Shown here piece after piece: positions 1 to 11,288 of a DNA stretch of 64,000 bases. The notes below the pieces were generated by a model. The model ran no database searches. It was not told the DNA's origin and saw only the letters and a program-made list of their open reading frames with translations. This DNA is from Carpediemonas membranifera BICM. Lineage: Eukaryota > Protista > Fornicata. The first letter of the stretch is position 1; every line of letters begins with the position of its first letter. The stretch spans positions 967,531 to 1,031,530 of the forward strand of contig JAHDYR010000007.1 of the NCBI GenBank assembly GCA_019828565.1. The letters run 5' to 3'. A program made the position numbers and the translations under genes.

Positions 1-135
1 GCCCCCAACAAGGCCGTGTTCCTGAACATGGTCACGGTGGTGGACAAGGCGCAGGTGGAGAAGTACTGTGACGCTAGGCTGGTGAAGGCGTTACGGAAGG
101 AGGTTGGGGTTGACCCCAAGAAGCACCGCGGATAA
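1..135 (+). CDS. 3' end of a hypothetical gene entering the window
   Basis: Frame 1 is open from base 1 (APNKAVFLNM...KKHRG) to TAA at 133-135, with GC-rich third positions like the neighbouring genes. Confidence 0.5.
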   Translation, partial: APNKAVFLNMVTVVDKAQVEKYCDARLVKALRKEVGVDPKKHRG

Positions 136-261
136 ATATTTTATCGTTATTCTGGGCATGGCTGTGGCTAGCTTGGAGCGTGGCGGGGTTGTCTGCTTGC
201 TGGGGTGGCTCAGAGAGCTCTTCGCATCTTAAGAGAAGCGACGCGTCGCCAAAACGTGTTA

Positions 262-1056
262 ATGAGCCTCGAAGAGCCGCCAGAACTAACAGCATTGCGC
301 AGAATGCTGATGAATGAACGCAAGAAGTCGCAAGATTGCTCTCTCGCCCTTCTTCATAAGGAAGACAAGATCAAAGCCCTAGAACGCGAGCTTAACGACG
401 CCAAGGCTACAATTCATCGCCTCATCGATGAAAACAAGCGCCTTCAAATCAAAGCAGGCATGGCCAGTGCCGTTACCCCATCCCTACCGACGCCCACGTC
501 CTCCAAGCTCGGCCTTGCCATCCGCAGCGCCCTGTCTCTTTCAGATAAGGCAGCCACCGCCGGCCAGAACCTCACTCCAACCCGCACGAGTCGGTCCAAC
601 TCCACCTCGAGTGCGGCCGACTCACTTATGGGCCGTTCGTTCGAGGACGGTTTAGAGGACGCCATCCGCCCTAGGACGCCCAGGACAAGCCACCCAACCA
701 CCCCTGAGCGAGCAGACAGACTTCTACAGACACCCCCGAGTGCATTTTCGACCTCTGGACCAATCGAACTCCCTTCAGTCGACATCCTCAAAGAACTAAT
801 CAGATCCGAGCTCGTAAGAAACGGCCTCGGGACGCATGCGGCCATGGGAAGCGAGGACTCGGCCGCCCAGGCAGCCCTGCTCTCCCTGGCTGATGATGGG
901 GAGGACGCCGAGTATGCTTCTGTTGCAGAGGGGCTTGAGCGGAAGATCAAAGCTGGCGCCGTTCATCTCACGCCGAAGCCTGAGGACTGGAAGTACAAGT
1001 CCCCTGTAAGGCGTGTGAAAAAGGCGAAGAAGGGGCCGAGGCAGGGGGCAGATTGA
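262..1056 (+). CDS. Hypothetical protein, N-terminal coiled coil and Ser/Thr/Pro-rich region
   Basis: Long ORF, first ATG at 262; heptad-like segment KEDKIKALERELNDAKATIHRLIDENKRLQ. Confidence 0.65.
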   Translation: MSLEEPPELTALRRMLMNERKKSQDCSLALLHKEDKIKALERELNDAKATIHRLIDENKRLQIKAGMASAVTPSLPTPTSSKLGLAIRSALSLSDKAATAGQNLTPTRTSRSNSTSSAADSLMGRSFEDGLEDAIRPRTPRTSHPTTPERADRLLQTPPSAFSTSGPIELPSVDILKELIRSELVRNGLGTHAAMGSEDSAAQAALLSLADDGEDAEYASVAEGLERKIKAGAVHLTPKPEDWKYKSPVRRVKKAKKGPRQGAD

Positions 1057-1255
1057 CCTCGGGTGAGCAACAACTACTCCCTCCAGCTCCCTGGCGGCCC
1101 AACTTAAGGCCAGAAACGCTATGTTAAGAATGATAAGCAGGCATGCAATGTGAGTACATAAACTACTGCTATTGAGAGCTTACCACAGAGATTGGGATGA
1201 CTGACCAGCTGTTCGTTGATGACGCATTTTATGTCAAAAAACGCAAGAGCTCAAA

Positions 1256-3358
1256 ATGCTTCAACCAACGGCGGCCGAGATTGCACAAGAGGCACAGAAG
1301 AAGAGACTTGCTAGATTGAATGAGGCATATGTCAAAAGTTCCATTGCACTTTGCAATGGCTCAATATCTGACGTCGTCCGGCTCTACAGCCGCTACACGC
1401 TCACTGGATCACCACTACTGTACAGCGCCCTTCGATCAGGCATGGATAGACAGCTTTTACTGCATATTAGGCTGGCAAACAAAGCTTCAATGCAGATGCC
1501 GAGAGACACTCCTCGAGACGGAATGCCCTCCGACCCCAGCAACATTTCGAACCTCGGGGCTGTTCACACTCTACTACAGTACGTGAAAGACGCCGGCCGT
1601 GCCCGCTACATCTTCACCTGCCTCCCCCTACCCCAGCGTCGCCAGCAACGGGCCGTCATCGTCCCCACGGGCGACCAGGCCGTCGATGCATGGTGGCGCC
1701 AGGCCTCACATGACCAAAGCAGGGACCCGATACCACCAGCCATGCTGAAGACGAAGAGTGCCCGCCGTGAGGCCGAGGGTGCGTACCAGTCAGTTGTGGA
1801 CCAAATCATGCGACTCGACTCGCAAGGACGCAGGGCCAAGGTTGCAGCACTGTCTCAGCAGGTAGAGGGGGCGAAGATGAGCAGGAGGAGGCTGCGTTGG
1901 CGGCGGCACAGGCTCCAACGGCAGGCGATGCGGCTGGGCATGGTCCCGGGGGGGCTGCCGGACGAAAGCGACAGTGAGAGCGAGATTGAGGAGGAAGGAC
2001 AAGTGGAGTCCGCTGGGGCCGAGCCATTTGTCACAGTTGAGACCGAGCCGGAGCAAAGCAGGGCTGGGAGTGGGGCACTAGAGGGGGATGAGGATGATGA
2101 AAAGACGGAAGCGGCATCCGAGCAAGCTGAGGCCGATCCATTGGTTACAGTTGCTGGGGTGGGTGCGGAGTCGGGACTGGGCTCTTGCTCGGATGTCTCT
2201 TCATCCTCCTCTGCGTCATCTCGTCTCTCATCTAGTGGCTCCGTCTCCGTCTCAAACCCAGCAGACCCTGCCCCCGGCGCCGGAGTCCCGCCCATGCTGC
2301 CCGAGCTCGCCCTGCCCCAGAGCCCCATAGCCCCAGCCGACATCGCCCAGACGCTTTCGAGATGGACCGGGACGATGCGTGACATCGCCCGTGCAGCAAA
2401 CACAACACTAGTGCGGCGACTGACAGCTAATCTGTCCGATCACCTCTCAGTGTGGTTCCGGTTCGTGCTCCTAGCTGACCCGGCCGTCGCGCAGAATTAT
2501 GCCAGGACGCTGTACGTATCGCCATTCACCCCAGTCATCGAGAACCTCTCAGCCACCGCTATACACTCGACTGTGTTGACCCGACTGGGCGAGTTCGACC
2601 CAGAGTTCGACCCCGAGAACTCAGCCCTCAGCGCAGTGGTCTCCCCTCATATGGTCAGACTCGAGCTACGGCACGGGGACTCGGTCATAGGCCAGTTGGC
2701 AGGTCCTGAGCTAAGACCCAGGTTCAATTTCCCTTTGTCCAAGTTTTTTGCACATCTTCACATGCCTGGGAGCATGATCGTTACCAACGTCACGCGTCTA
2801 TCGCTTCTCATAGCCCAGGTTGAGTGTGGGCTTCGAGAGGCTGCCCTCGAGCTTGCCCGAGTCAGCTGGCGTCCGGCCCATGTCGACTCAGACGCAGTGG
2901 GTCGCACGTCCCGGAACAAGGGTCTGAAGACTGTTCGTGTGGCTCTCCATTGGATCCAGCAGTTCGCCCGAGTCCTCCTCGAGACCGTGACTCGAGAGAT
3001 TTATATCAACTCACTTGACCTGGCCCTGGCACGAATCCGGCAGGCGGAGTCTGTGGCAAACATCGACCAGACCTTTGTGGACCTCAGGTCTGAGCTTGAC
3101 GTGGTCTACTCCGAGGTAGGGGCGCCAGTACTGCCCCTTCTCATGTCTATAAGGGGACTCACCGGATTGGTCGTAGAATGGGCAAAACTGCACGAGACAG
3201 GGCATGACGGCCAGCTTGTGATGAAGCTTGGAGGTGTTCTTGAGGCCCTGAGGGCCGTGACGACCAAGGCGACTGTGCTTCAGGGTGACGTGGAGGGATG
3301 TGTCCGGATAGCCTGTGTTGACCTCAGCAGAGGGCTGGGGAGGCTGCTGGAGAGCTAG
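1256..3358 (+). CDS. 700-aa protein, possibly a divergent gamma-tubulin complex component (Spc97/Spc98 family)
   Basis: LSDHLSVWFRFVLLAD and LHWIQQFARVLLETVTREIY...IRQAESV resemble GRIP2 helices; central acidic insertion. ORF is solid, family call is tentative. Confidence 0.45.
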   Translation: MLQPTAAEIAQEAQKKRLARLNEAYVKSSIALCNGSISDVVRLYSRYTLTGSPLLYSALRSGMDRQLLLHIRLANKASMQMPRDTPRDGMPSDPSNISNLGAVHTLLQYVKDAGRARYIFTCLPLPQRRQQRAVIVPTGDQAVDAWWRQASHDQSRDPIPPAMLKTKSARREAEGAYQSVVDQIMRLDSQGRRAKVAALSQQVEGAKMSRRRLRWRRHRLQRQAMRLGMVPGGLPDESDSESEIEEEGQVESAGAEPFVTVETEPEQSRAGSGALEGDEDDEKTEAASEQAEADPLVTVAGVGAESGLGSCSDVSSSSSASSRLSSSGSVSVSNPADPAPGAGVPPMLPELALPQSPIAPADIAQTLSRWTGTMRDIARAANTTLVRRLTANLSDHLSVWFRFVLLADPAVAQNYARTLYVSPFTPVIENLSATAIHSTVLTRLGEFDPEFDPENSALSAVVSPHMVRLELRHGDSVIGQLAGPELRPRFNFPLSKFFAHLHMPGSMIVTNVTRLSLLIAQVECGLREAALELARVSWRPAHVDSDAVGRTSRNKGLKTVRVALHWIQQFARVLLETVTREIYINSLDLALARIRQAESVANIDQTFVDLRSELDVVYSEVGAPVLPLLMSIRGLTGLVVEWAKLHETGHDGQLVMKLGGVLEALRAVTTKATVLQGDVEGCVRIACVDLSRGLGRLLES

Positions 3359-3624
3359 AAATGTATGATTGTTGCCTCTGAATTTTGTAGAGCTGGCGCG
3401 TTGTCAGTTTTAAAAGTGCGCACTTGTTCTTGGTGATCAGAGCGGGAAACCAATGGCGGATGCTTAGAGAGCCTTGTAATGTCCAAGCCCGGTCTCTCTC
3501 TTGATTCCACAAGCAGAAGATTGGTGGAAGATCCTGGCGCGACTTTGCGCAGTTTCGCGCCACAATTCCCAAGCCGCGCGAAAGTGCAATGCCTGTATTC
3601 ACAAGCCTTAGCGGTGAGAAAACC

Positions 3625-4296
3625 ATGCAATCGAAGCTCCTTATCGTTGAGGGCAACATTGGTGCTGGAAAAAGCACCGTTTGCGCTTCCCTCAGCAACA
3701 CACTTGGCTTCCGCATCTTTGAGGAGCCCGTGAAGAGCAATCCGTACCTAGAGGACTTTTATAAGGATCCACACCGCATTGCTCCCATCATGCAGCGCTG
3801 GCTATTCGAGCAGCGCCTCGCTACCTACAAGGAGGCTGTCCAGCACATCGAGGAAACAGGCCAAGGCGTCATCCTCGACAGATCCGTCTTCAGCGACTGG
3901 GCCTTCGCTTACCAATCCCTCGTTGATGGCTTCTTCACCGAGCAGCAATACGAGGAGTACCAGACGATGCGGGAGGTCGCCCTGAGAGGACTTCCCCTCC
4001 CCACGATGTGCATCTACCTCGACGTCAGCCCCGAGCAGTGTCTCTACCGCATCACACAGCTCCGCAAGCGCGAGTGCGAGGCGGGCATGCCCATTGAATA
4101 CCTCAGGGGTCTGGACGCGTCACACGCCATGCTCCTCGATGACCTCGAGAAGGTCGGGATTGAGGTGCTCCGGGTCGACTGGGAATCCTTTGGGGACATC
4201 GAGCCCATTGAGAAAAGCGTGCAGCGGACGCCTCTGAACACCAGGCTCTGGGGTGTTGACCGCGGCCGTGTTCCCCGTACCACGCTGTTCGTGTAG
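3625..4296 (+). CDS. Deoxynucleoside kinase (dNK family)
   Basis: P-loop VEGNIGAGKST, EEPV, DRS motif, lid RITQLRKRECE. Confidence 0.9.
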   Translation: MQSKLLIVEGNIGAGKSTVCASLSNTLGFRIFEEPVKSNPYLEDFYKDPHRIAPIMQRWLFEQRLATYKEAVQHIEETGQGVILDRSVFSDWAFAYQSLVDGFFTEQQYEEYQTMREVALRGLPLPTMCIYLDVSPEQCLYRITQLRKRECEAGMPIEYLRGLDASHAMLLDDLEKVGIEVLRVDWESFGDIEPIEKSVQRTPLNTRLWGVDRGRVPRTTLFV

Positions 4297-4410
4297 ATAG
4301 CAAGCTGATAAATGTATATTATCATTGGTCTGGTTATTCTGCAGATTCCTAGAAATGAACACATCAAATGTGGGCATTTTAAGGTCTTCGACACTGAAAA
4401 CTGCAAAGCA

Positions 4411-5299
4411 ATGCAAGTAGATGACGTCGAGATCAGAGACGTATACGCCTCTAATTTAGAGAAAGAGTTTGCTAATATGATCGAAGTTTCGAAGACACAT
4501 CCCTTCATAGCGATGGTTTGTACAATTTTTGCCCTTTATGCAGGATACGGAGTTCCCAGGCGCAATTTACCGCCCTCCAAACAATGCCACGTCAATGCAG
4601 CTGTATCAAAACCTCTGTGCGAATGTGAATGACCTGAAAATCATCCAGCTTGGTGTGTCGCTGCACAACTCGGCCGGGCAGCCCGCCACGCCCTGCGGAT
4701 GCTGGCAATTCAACTTCAAGTTCGATTTGAACAGTGATCCTCACGACAGACCCTCCATTGAACTCCTCCAGGAGGCTGGGATCGACTTTGACTTGTTCGC
4801 CAAGGACGGCATCGATGTGCTCCGCTTCTCATATCTCCTGATGGGCTCCGGCCTAGTCTGCAACCCCGCAGTGCACTGGATTGCCTTCCATTCGTCGTAC
4901 GACTTCCTGTACCTCACTCGCGTCCTCGTTCACGGAGCCCTGCCCACAACGAACTCCGGCCGGCTCTTTGAGATGCTCCGCGACTACTTCCCCTCATTCT
5001 ATGACGTCAAGCACATCATGCGGGCGGCCAAGAGCTGGTCTGGCGGCCTGGACCGGCTGGCATCGGATATGAACATCCCTCGAGTCGGTCCGACTCACCA
5101 GGCTGGGTCGGACGCGCTGCTGACGGGCAAGGTCTTCTTCTTCATGGCCTGGGACTTGCACGCCGAGCCCCACACCCTCGACAACGTCCTCGGCGTCTAC
5201 CGAGGGCACAGCTACGGCCTGCATAGCGTCGGGGATCACGTGCAGACGTTCTACCCGCCCAACAGCATCCAGGGCACACCCGTCCGGCCTATATCATAG
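4411..5299 (+). CDS. CAF1: CCR4-NOT deadenylase subunit CAF1/POP2 (2 exons; intron 4516-4543)
   Basis: Removing a 28-nt GT..AG intron joins ...PFIAM|DTEFPG; LKIIQLG, WQFNF, FHSSYDF and HQAGSD DEDD motifs. Confidence 0.95.
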
Positions 5300-6261
5300 A
5301 TCACTCGGCCGCACACCCTTGATTGTAAAGCGCAGCTCCAGCAAGCTTTTTTTGGCGATTTACGTTGAATGTATCTTGAGAAATCTGCGTAGAAGAAACA
5401 ATCACGTCGAAAACACATGGGAAATCTTGGTAGTTCTCTCTCTGTTGATCCTAACGCTGGTGGCCCCCCTACTAGCAACGCAATTCGTGTTGAGCCCGTT
5501 TTCGTGAGGCCCGAGCCCTCGGAGATCGAGCCACTCAGAACCGGTGGATTCTAACATCAGTAAAGCAATGCACTGGTAATTGGGGCATTTGTTTGCATCA
5601 CAGTTCCACTTTTCTGCCCATTCTGAATGATTGTACGGAGTGTTTTTTCCAGACCTCACATTATTGGCTCAATCTTGACCTAGCGCTGCCGGATTCCCGG
5701 CCAGAACTGGCTCAGATCGGTCGGCCCAGAGCCGATCTCACATCGTGGACTGGCAACAACAGGATCAGCCAGGCGGGGCAACGAGTGTCGGCAAGAAAGT
5801 CAAGGACCGGAAGCGTTTACCGATTGGTGCAAGCCGCAAGGCCCCTCACATATTGTTCGTACCTTAGCTAGCCCAGCCCAACCTGTGGCTCCGTAGTTCA
5901 TGGCGCGGTGTTGTCATCGGGCAATCCCCTCCATGATCGATGACATCATGGTCTTTGACCAGCTTAGGGCCCGCTTGTTGTTGCAACCCTTCTTGTACGT
6001 GGGCCGGCCAGCCACCCGACCGCCACGGTATTTCTCGCGACCCACCCAAACGGTCACAGCAACAGAGACCCCGTCTGTCTTCACAGAGAGCACTCTGCGG
6101 AGCTTGGTGATGTCACCGTGATCACGCTCGTATCTATCAACCTGCTCAGTGGTCTAGTTCTTAGTTGCTGACCAATTCCGATGACATGCTGCTGGCGCGA
6201 AGAGGCATGAACTTCGCGATCAATACCTTAATCATTTGATGTGTGTCAAACGAAGCGAAAC

Positions 6262-7484
6262 ATGGCAAACCGTGAAGAACTGATCCAGAGCTATTTAGAC
6301 GCTACTCGTGATCACGAAGCGGCGTCAGATAGACTGAAGCAAAGTTCGTTGCTCTACACATTCTCATATAGTCAGAAAGGAGAAGAGTGAGCTTGACCGC
6401 GACTACCAGCTCAGCGAGATGCACATTAACGCCCTCCAAAGTGTTGGGCAACTTATAGGCGAGATCCTCCGCAAGATTGATGACGATCAGTGTTCGTATC
6501 ACCGAGTATTCTCACCCAGACATTGTCAAGGCAACGCACGGGCAAAAGTACCTCGTCAACGCCCGAAAGAAGGTAGAAGCCGAGCTCCTCCGCGAGGGAA
6601 CCCGTGTAGCTCTGGATATGCAGACGTACACGATCATGCGGGCACTCCCCCGCGAGGTTGACCCGACAGTTTTCCACATGCTCCACGAGGACCCTGGGGA
6701 CATCCAGTACGACCAGATCGGCGGCCTCGACGAGCAGCTGGAGCAAGTCCGCGAGGTCATCGACCTGCCCCTCTCCGAGCCGGAGTTGTTCAAGAACGTC
6801 GGGATTCGGCCCCCCAAGGGTGTCCTGCTGTACGGCCCGCCGGGCACGGGTAAGACGCTGATAGCCAGGGCACTCGCGCATAACGTCAAGGCCAATTTCC
6901 TCAAGATCGTCGCCTCGTCCATCATTCAGAAGTACATTGGCGAGTCACCACGAATCATCCGAGAGATCTTCGCATACGCCAAGGAGCACGAGCCAGCGAT
7001 CGTATTTATCGATGAGATCGACGCCATCGGCGGTCGTCGTCTGAGCGACGGCACATCGACCGACCGCGAGGTCCAGCGCACGCTCATGGAGCTCCTCAAC
7101 CAGCTTGACGGCTTCGACGATCTGGGCCAGGTGAAGGTCGTGTTCGCGACCAACCGGCCCGACATCCTCGACCCCGCCCTTCTCCGTCCCGGCCGACTCG
7201 ACCGGAAGATCGAGATCGGGCTCCCCAACGAGGCGGGTCGGAAGCACATCCTGGCCATCCACTCGAGTAAGATGCACCTGGCCCCCGGGATTGACTGGGC
7301 GCCCATCGTCAAGGCCTCCGACGGCTTCAACGGGGCCGATCTCCGCAACGTCTGCACCGAGGCCGGAATGTGCGCCATCCGGGACGAGAGGGGCGTGATC
7401 GAGCAGGGCGACCTACTCAAGGCTGTGCGGAAACTCGGGGACTCCAAGAAGCTGGAGACGGCGCTGAAGTATGAGAAGGTTTAG
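6262..7484 (+). CDS. RPT4: 26S proteasome AAA-ATPase Rpt4 (3 exons; introns 6344-6371 and 6492-6519)
   Basis: [65 protein letters not shown]; two 28-nt introns restore the frame. Confidence 0.95.
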
Positions 7485-7633
7485 GCGATGGGACATAAAA
7501 TGCGATGTAGGTACATTTATTGCCGGGTGGGAGAGGCCCAGTATGCCGTCCGAGTCGAGCCTTCATTGGTGACCCTGACCACTTCACGAACTTCACAAAG
7601 TCCTCGATCCCCAAAAGTTCCACCACCCGTACA

Positions 7634-8105
7634 ATGTTCTCAGACAACTCAAAGGTCAGAAAGACGTTTGCGGAGCTAAAAAAAGTCCCCAGTGAAGATG
7701 ACGAGAAGATCATGAAGCCCATTCATCTCAAACTGGGCCGCGGGCTTCAGTTCCAGCACCATCCAGCGCTCAAGGGCTGGCAGAACGGTATGTACACGCT
7801 ATCTTTGCGTATCTCACTCAGAAACAGAGTCTCAGCCAGTGAAGCTGGAGGAAATGAAGGAAGAAATCCGCGGTGAATGCCGCGCCCTCCGCACGGAGTA
7901 CCAGGATCTCGTCGACACCGTAGACCACCTCAGAGCCCATGTACTGGGCCAGATTGATTACTTTGACCGGCTCCACGCCTTCGCCGCCCAGTTCCCAGAG
8001 ACCCTGCCCCGTCCCGTGGCCGCGGACAAGTATGATGAGTTCAGGATGCCCGACTCGGACATGGCCCGCGTCCCCGAAAGCATGATGAAGATCACACTGG
8101 CCTAG
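7634..8105 (+). CDS. Hypothetical protein (2 exons; intron 7788-7821)
   Basis: A 34-nt GTATGT..CAG intron joins ORF 7634-7787 in frame to ORF 7839-8105. Confidence 0.6.
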
Positions 8106-8568
8106 GTTTGTCATGGGTGAGGGATGGGGCCCTGTTGGGGCAGCGTGCGATGACGGGTCATGGGTCATGACTCATGGTTGAGACAGCTGCGATCATGCGT
8201 AAGAATGTTATAAAGCTGCAAGCTTCTGTGTGACATGGTTCATGTCTCCTGAACCAGGTTGACAAAGATCGATCGTTCCTGGTGACGAAGTCGGCCGAGA
8301 AATCGTTGTATCATGCAATACTATGATAATAGCGTGGGGTTCAGACCATTGTAGCAAACTCCATCAATTGTACGACTCTTGATCATGACCTTTACGATCA
8401 TGGTCGACGAGGAAATCCCACCAAAAACGTGTTCCTACAGACTAAATACCATTTATGTTCGTGAATACAGGAGAGGAACCGTATGTCTGCCGTAATAGCT
8501 GTATTCCTCTCACAGTCGCTTCAAGTTGCATAAAAAAAACTGGCATCGAAGGAACGTGCGCTTGAACT

Positions 8569-9040
8569 ATGCCTACTGTTGCTCACAAGTCGCGTAAGCA
8601 CCGCGGTCAGGTTTCTGCTGGTCACGGCCGTGTTGGCCGTGCTCGCAAGCATCCCGGCGGTCACGGTAACGCTGGTGGCCTCACTCACCACCGTACTCTC
8701 TTCGATCGGTTCGTTTTCTTGACGATTATACTTACAAAGCTACCACCCCCACTACTTCGGCAAGCTCGGCATGCGCCACCTTCACATGCTCAAGAACCGC
8801 GATTTCTGCCCTACCGTGAACATTGAGAAGCTTCTCACTCTTGTCCCCGAGGAGGTTCGCGAGAAGGCTCTCGCTGGCACCCCCGAGAACGCTCTCGTTC
8901 TTGACGTTACCCAGCACGGTGCTTTCAAGGTCCTTGGCAAGGGCAACCTTCCCTGCCCCCTTATTGTCCGCGCCCGTTTCTTCTCTCAGCAGGCTGAGCA
9001 GAAGATCCTCGCTGCCGGCGGCCGCTGCGAGATCCTCTAA
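8569..9040 (+). CDS. RPL27A: 60S ribosomal protein L27a / uL15 (intron 8709-8739)
   Basis: [20 protein letters not shown]; spliced FDR|[13 protein letters not shown]; KVLGKG; [10 protein letters not shown]. Confidence 0.97.
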
Positions 9041-9361
9041 ACGGATGGCATAAACCCAATGCCCGTCTGGTGCGTAAAGATTTTTGGTGATCAGTTGAGC
9101 GAGCAGAATGGGGTATGGAAGGTTTCTCGGTCAGAACGTCAGCCGTAGTCACAAAGAGCCGCCCAATTGCTGAACTCATTGACTTTCTTTCCTTTACTGC
9201 GAGATTACGGCCAGAATGCTCAGAGGGCGCGACTCCCGCCACCCCGACCTGCACCGACAGCGGGGCAGGCCAGTTGCCCGCCGCTCAATGATCTGGCGCC
9301 CATGGACCTGTTATATACAGTCGCTTAACGTCGTAAAGAAGAAGATCCAAATCGCGATCTG

Positions 9362-9967
9362 ATGCCCTTCGATCCTGCTACCGTTCCTGTAATCATTGAT
9401 GCTGCCAAGGCCGTTGCCAAGGCCGATGCCGCTACTGCTGCTCGTGCCATCTCCGTGCTCGATCTCACCGGCCTGAACGACAACGACACCGATGCTGTCA
9501 TCGAGGCTCTTTGCAAGCGTGCTGTCAACACTGCTGGCCACACCGCCGCTGTCTGCGTCTACGCTCCCTTCATCAAGACTCGCGCTGCTCTCGGCGAGAA
9601 CCTCGTCAAGATTGCCACCGTGAACTTCCCCGCTGGCGGCAACGACGTCGAGGCCGTCAAGGCCGAGACTGAGGCTACTGTTGCTGACGGCACCGATGAG
9701 ATCGATCTCGTCCTCCCCTACAAGGCCTTCCTTGCCGGCGACATTGCCACATGCGAGACCATGCTCGACGCCACCCGCGCCGCCTGCAGCACCAAGGCCG
9801 ACATGAAGGTCATCCTTGAGTCCGGCTACTACGACGACCTCGCCAAGGTCTACGATGCCACCCGCCTCTGCATCAAGCACGGCGCCAACTTCGCTCTCTT
9901 GACGAAGTTGGCGCCGTGCTTGATGCAGAGGCGTGTTCAAGACAGACACGCAGGCGCCTCTTCATAG
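9362..9967 (+). pseudogene. deoC: Deoxyribose-phosphate aldolase, bacterial-like, truncated at the catalytic Lys
   Basis: DLTGLNDND, AAVCVY, NFPAG, DEIDLV, KVILESG; homology stops at GANF where VKTSTGK is expected, because of an inversion. Confidence 0.85.
9863..9933. repeat. Perfect 31-bp inverted repeat with 9-nt spacer (fold-back of deoC sequence)
   Basis: 9863-9893 is the exact reverse complement of 9903-9933. Confidence 0.95.
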
Positions 9968-10582
9968 CTGGGGTGAGCACTGTTACTCCGCGCTCGAGGA
10001 TGATGAACCCAGGCCTGACCGGTGCCATCGGCACGAACGGAATGAGCTTCGGCTCTGGCAGGGCCTGACTGAACTCGAGGTTCACGGCACGAGTGAGTGT
10101 GACCAGCTTGGTCACTGCAGCACTCATGCGCGTGACGCACGACAGCACGCCGACGAGGGCCCCGGCCACGGTACCAGTGCGACCCACCCGCTGCTCCTCG
10201 GGCAATGCATGTATGTGGGATGATACATGCCATGATCGGCGGCTATTGCGACGTACTCAGTGTCGAGCTCGCCTAGGGTGTCGAGAAAATCCTGTCGTAC
10301 ACCCAGCCGATCACGGAGGAGCGTACGCACCCGTTCTAACCCAGCACGAAGACTGGTCAGGTACCCGGGTGACGCGCGCGAGAGCTGCTCCAAGGTTGAG
10401 GACGCTGTTGAAGTTCAGTCGTTGCCGCCAGCGTGTGCGGAGGTGAGATCAGGAAGATCATATCGAATCTTTAGAGGACGGTGATAAATCAAGCTTAGCA
10501 CTGCTGGCTGTGGCTGTGATTGTGACCGTCGTTGCCCAAGTTCATGACTTGGTGACGAGTCGACACAGCACCGCCATCACCA

Positions 10583-11032
10583 ATGGCACCCACCGTTTCA
10601 GTAGAGGCAGATGTGCAGACCCGTATGCGCAGAGGAACGCGTGCTATTGGACAAGCCGTCCAGGAAGCTCTCGGACAGGCGTCTGATGGCCAGGTTTTCG
10701 CGAAAGTGACGAAGGACTTTGCTGTGAAGGAACACCGCATCAGAAACACCAATGCACACATCATTGAGCTTGATAACAACACGCAGAAGATCAATCGTCT
10801 CTTGCGAGATCTTGCTGGCGCTGCCCATCACGTCGATGATGCTGCCAACTCTGCCAGGACGGCTCTGAACGACACACTGGGCATGGTTTTCGAACAGGAG
10901 CGTGAAGAGGCATGCGAGGAGCCTACAGGCGCGGATGCACAGCCGCAGGTTGCCGCTGCCGACGACGCAGAGCCCGAGATGGGCGAGCCCGAACATAAGC
11001 ACGAAGAGTCCGCTCCGGAGGGTGCAGAGTAG
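10583..11032 (+). CDS. Small helical protein, weak resemblance to BORC subunit 7
   Basis: 149-aa ORF with coiled-coil core and acidic tail; family call by eye only. Confidence 0.5.
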   Translation: MAPTVSVEADVQTRMRRGTRAIGQAVQEALGQASDGQVFAKVTKDFAVKEHRIRNTNAHIIELDNNTQKINRLLRDLAGAAHHVDDAANSARTALNDTLGMVFEQEREEACEEPTGADAQPQVAAADDAEPEMGEPEHKHEESAPEGAE

Positions 11033-11288
11033 TTAGTATAGGATAGTTGTGGATGGGACAGTAATCATAGTGGCCAGCTATCAGTGTAAAGTTTGTCGCA
11101 GTTGACCCTCCAACGCAAGATCATGTTTCGCACTCGTGTCGCAGCGAGCGGAGGCTAGCTTCGTACATCATGGCAGCTTGATAGAGAGCCGTTCGCTGGC
11201 CAACAGCCCGACGCGAGTCAATCTGTCGCCACCAATCTCAACCTTTACGTGAGCAGTCAATGCGCAGTTTTGCGTCCATCGAGCTTGG

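Noticed and set aside
5300-6250. Short ORFs between CAF1 and RPT4
   Set aside because: No recognisable motif or convincing splice model; may hide a small or decayed gene
3625-9967. dNK and deoC as a deoxynucleoside-salvage cluster
   Set aside because: Separated by four unrelated genes, and deoC is truncated
9934-10500. Overlapping ORFs after the deoC fold-back
   Set aside because: No consistent frame or domain; not the missing deoC C-terminus
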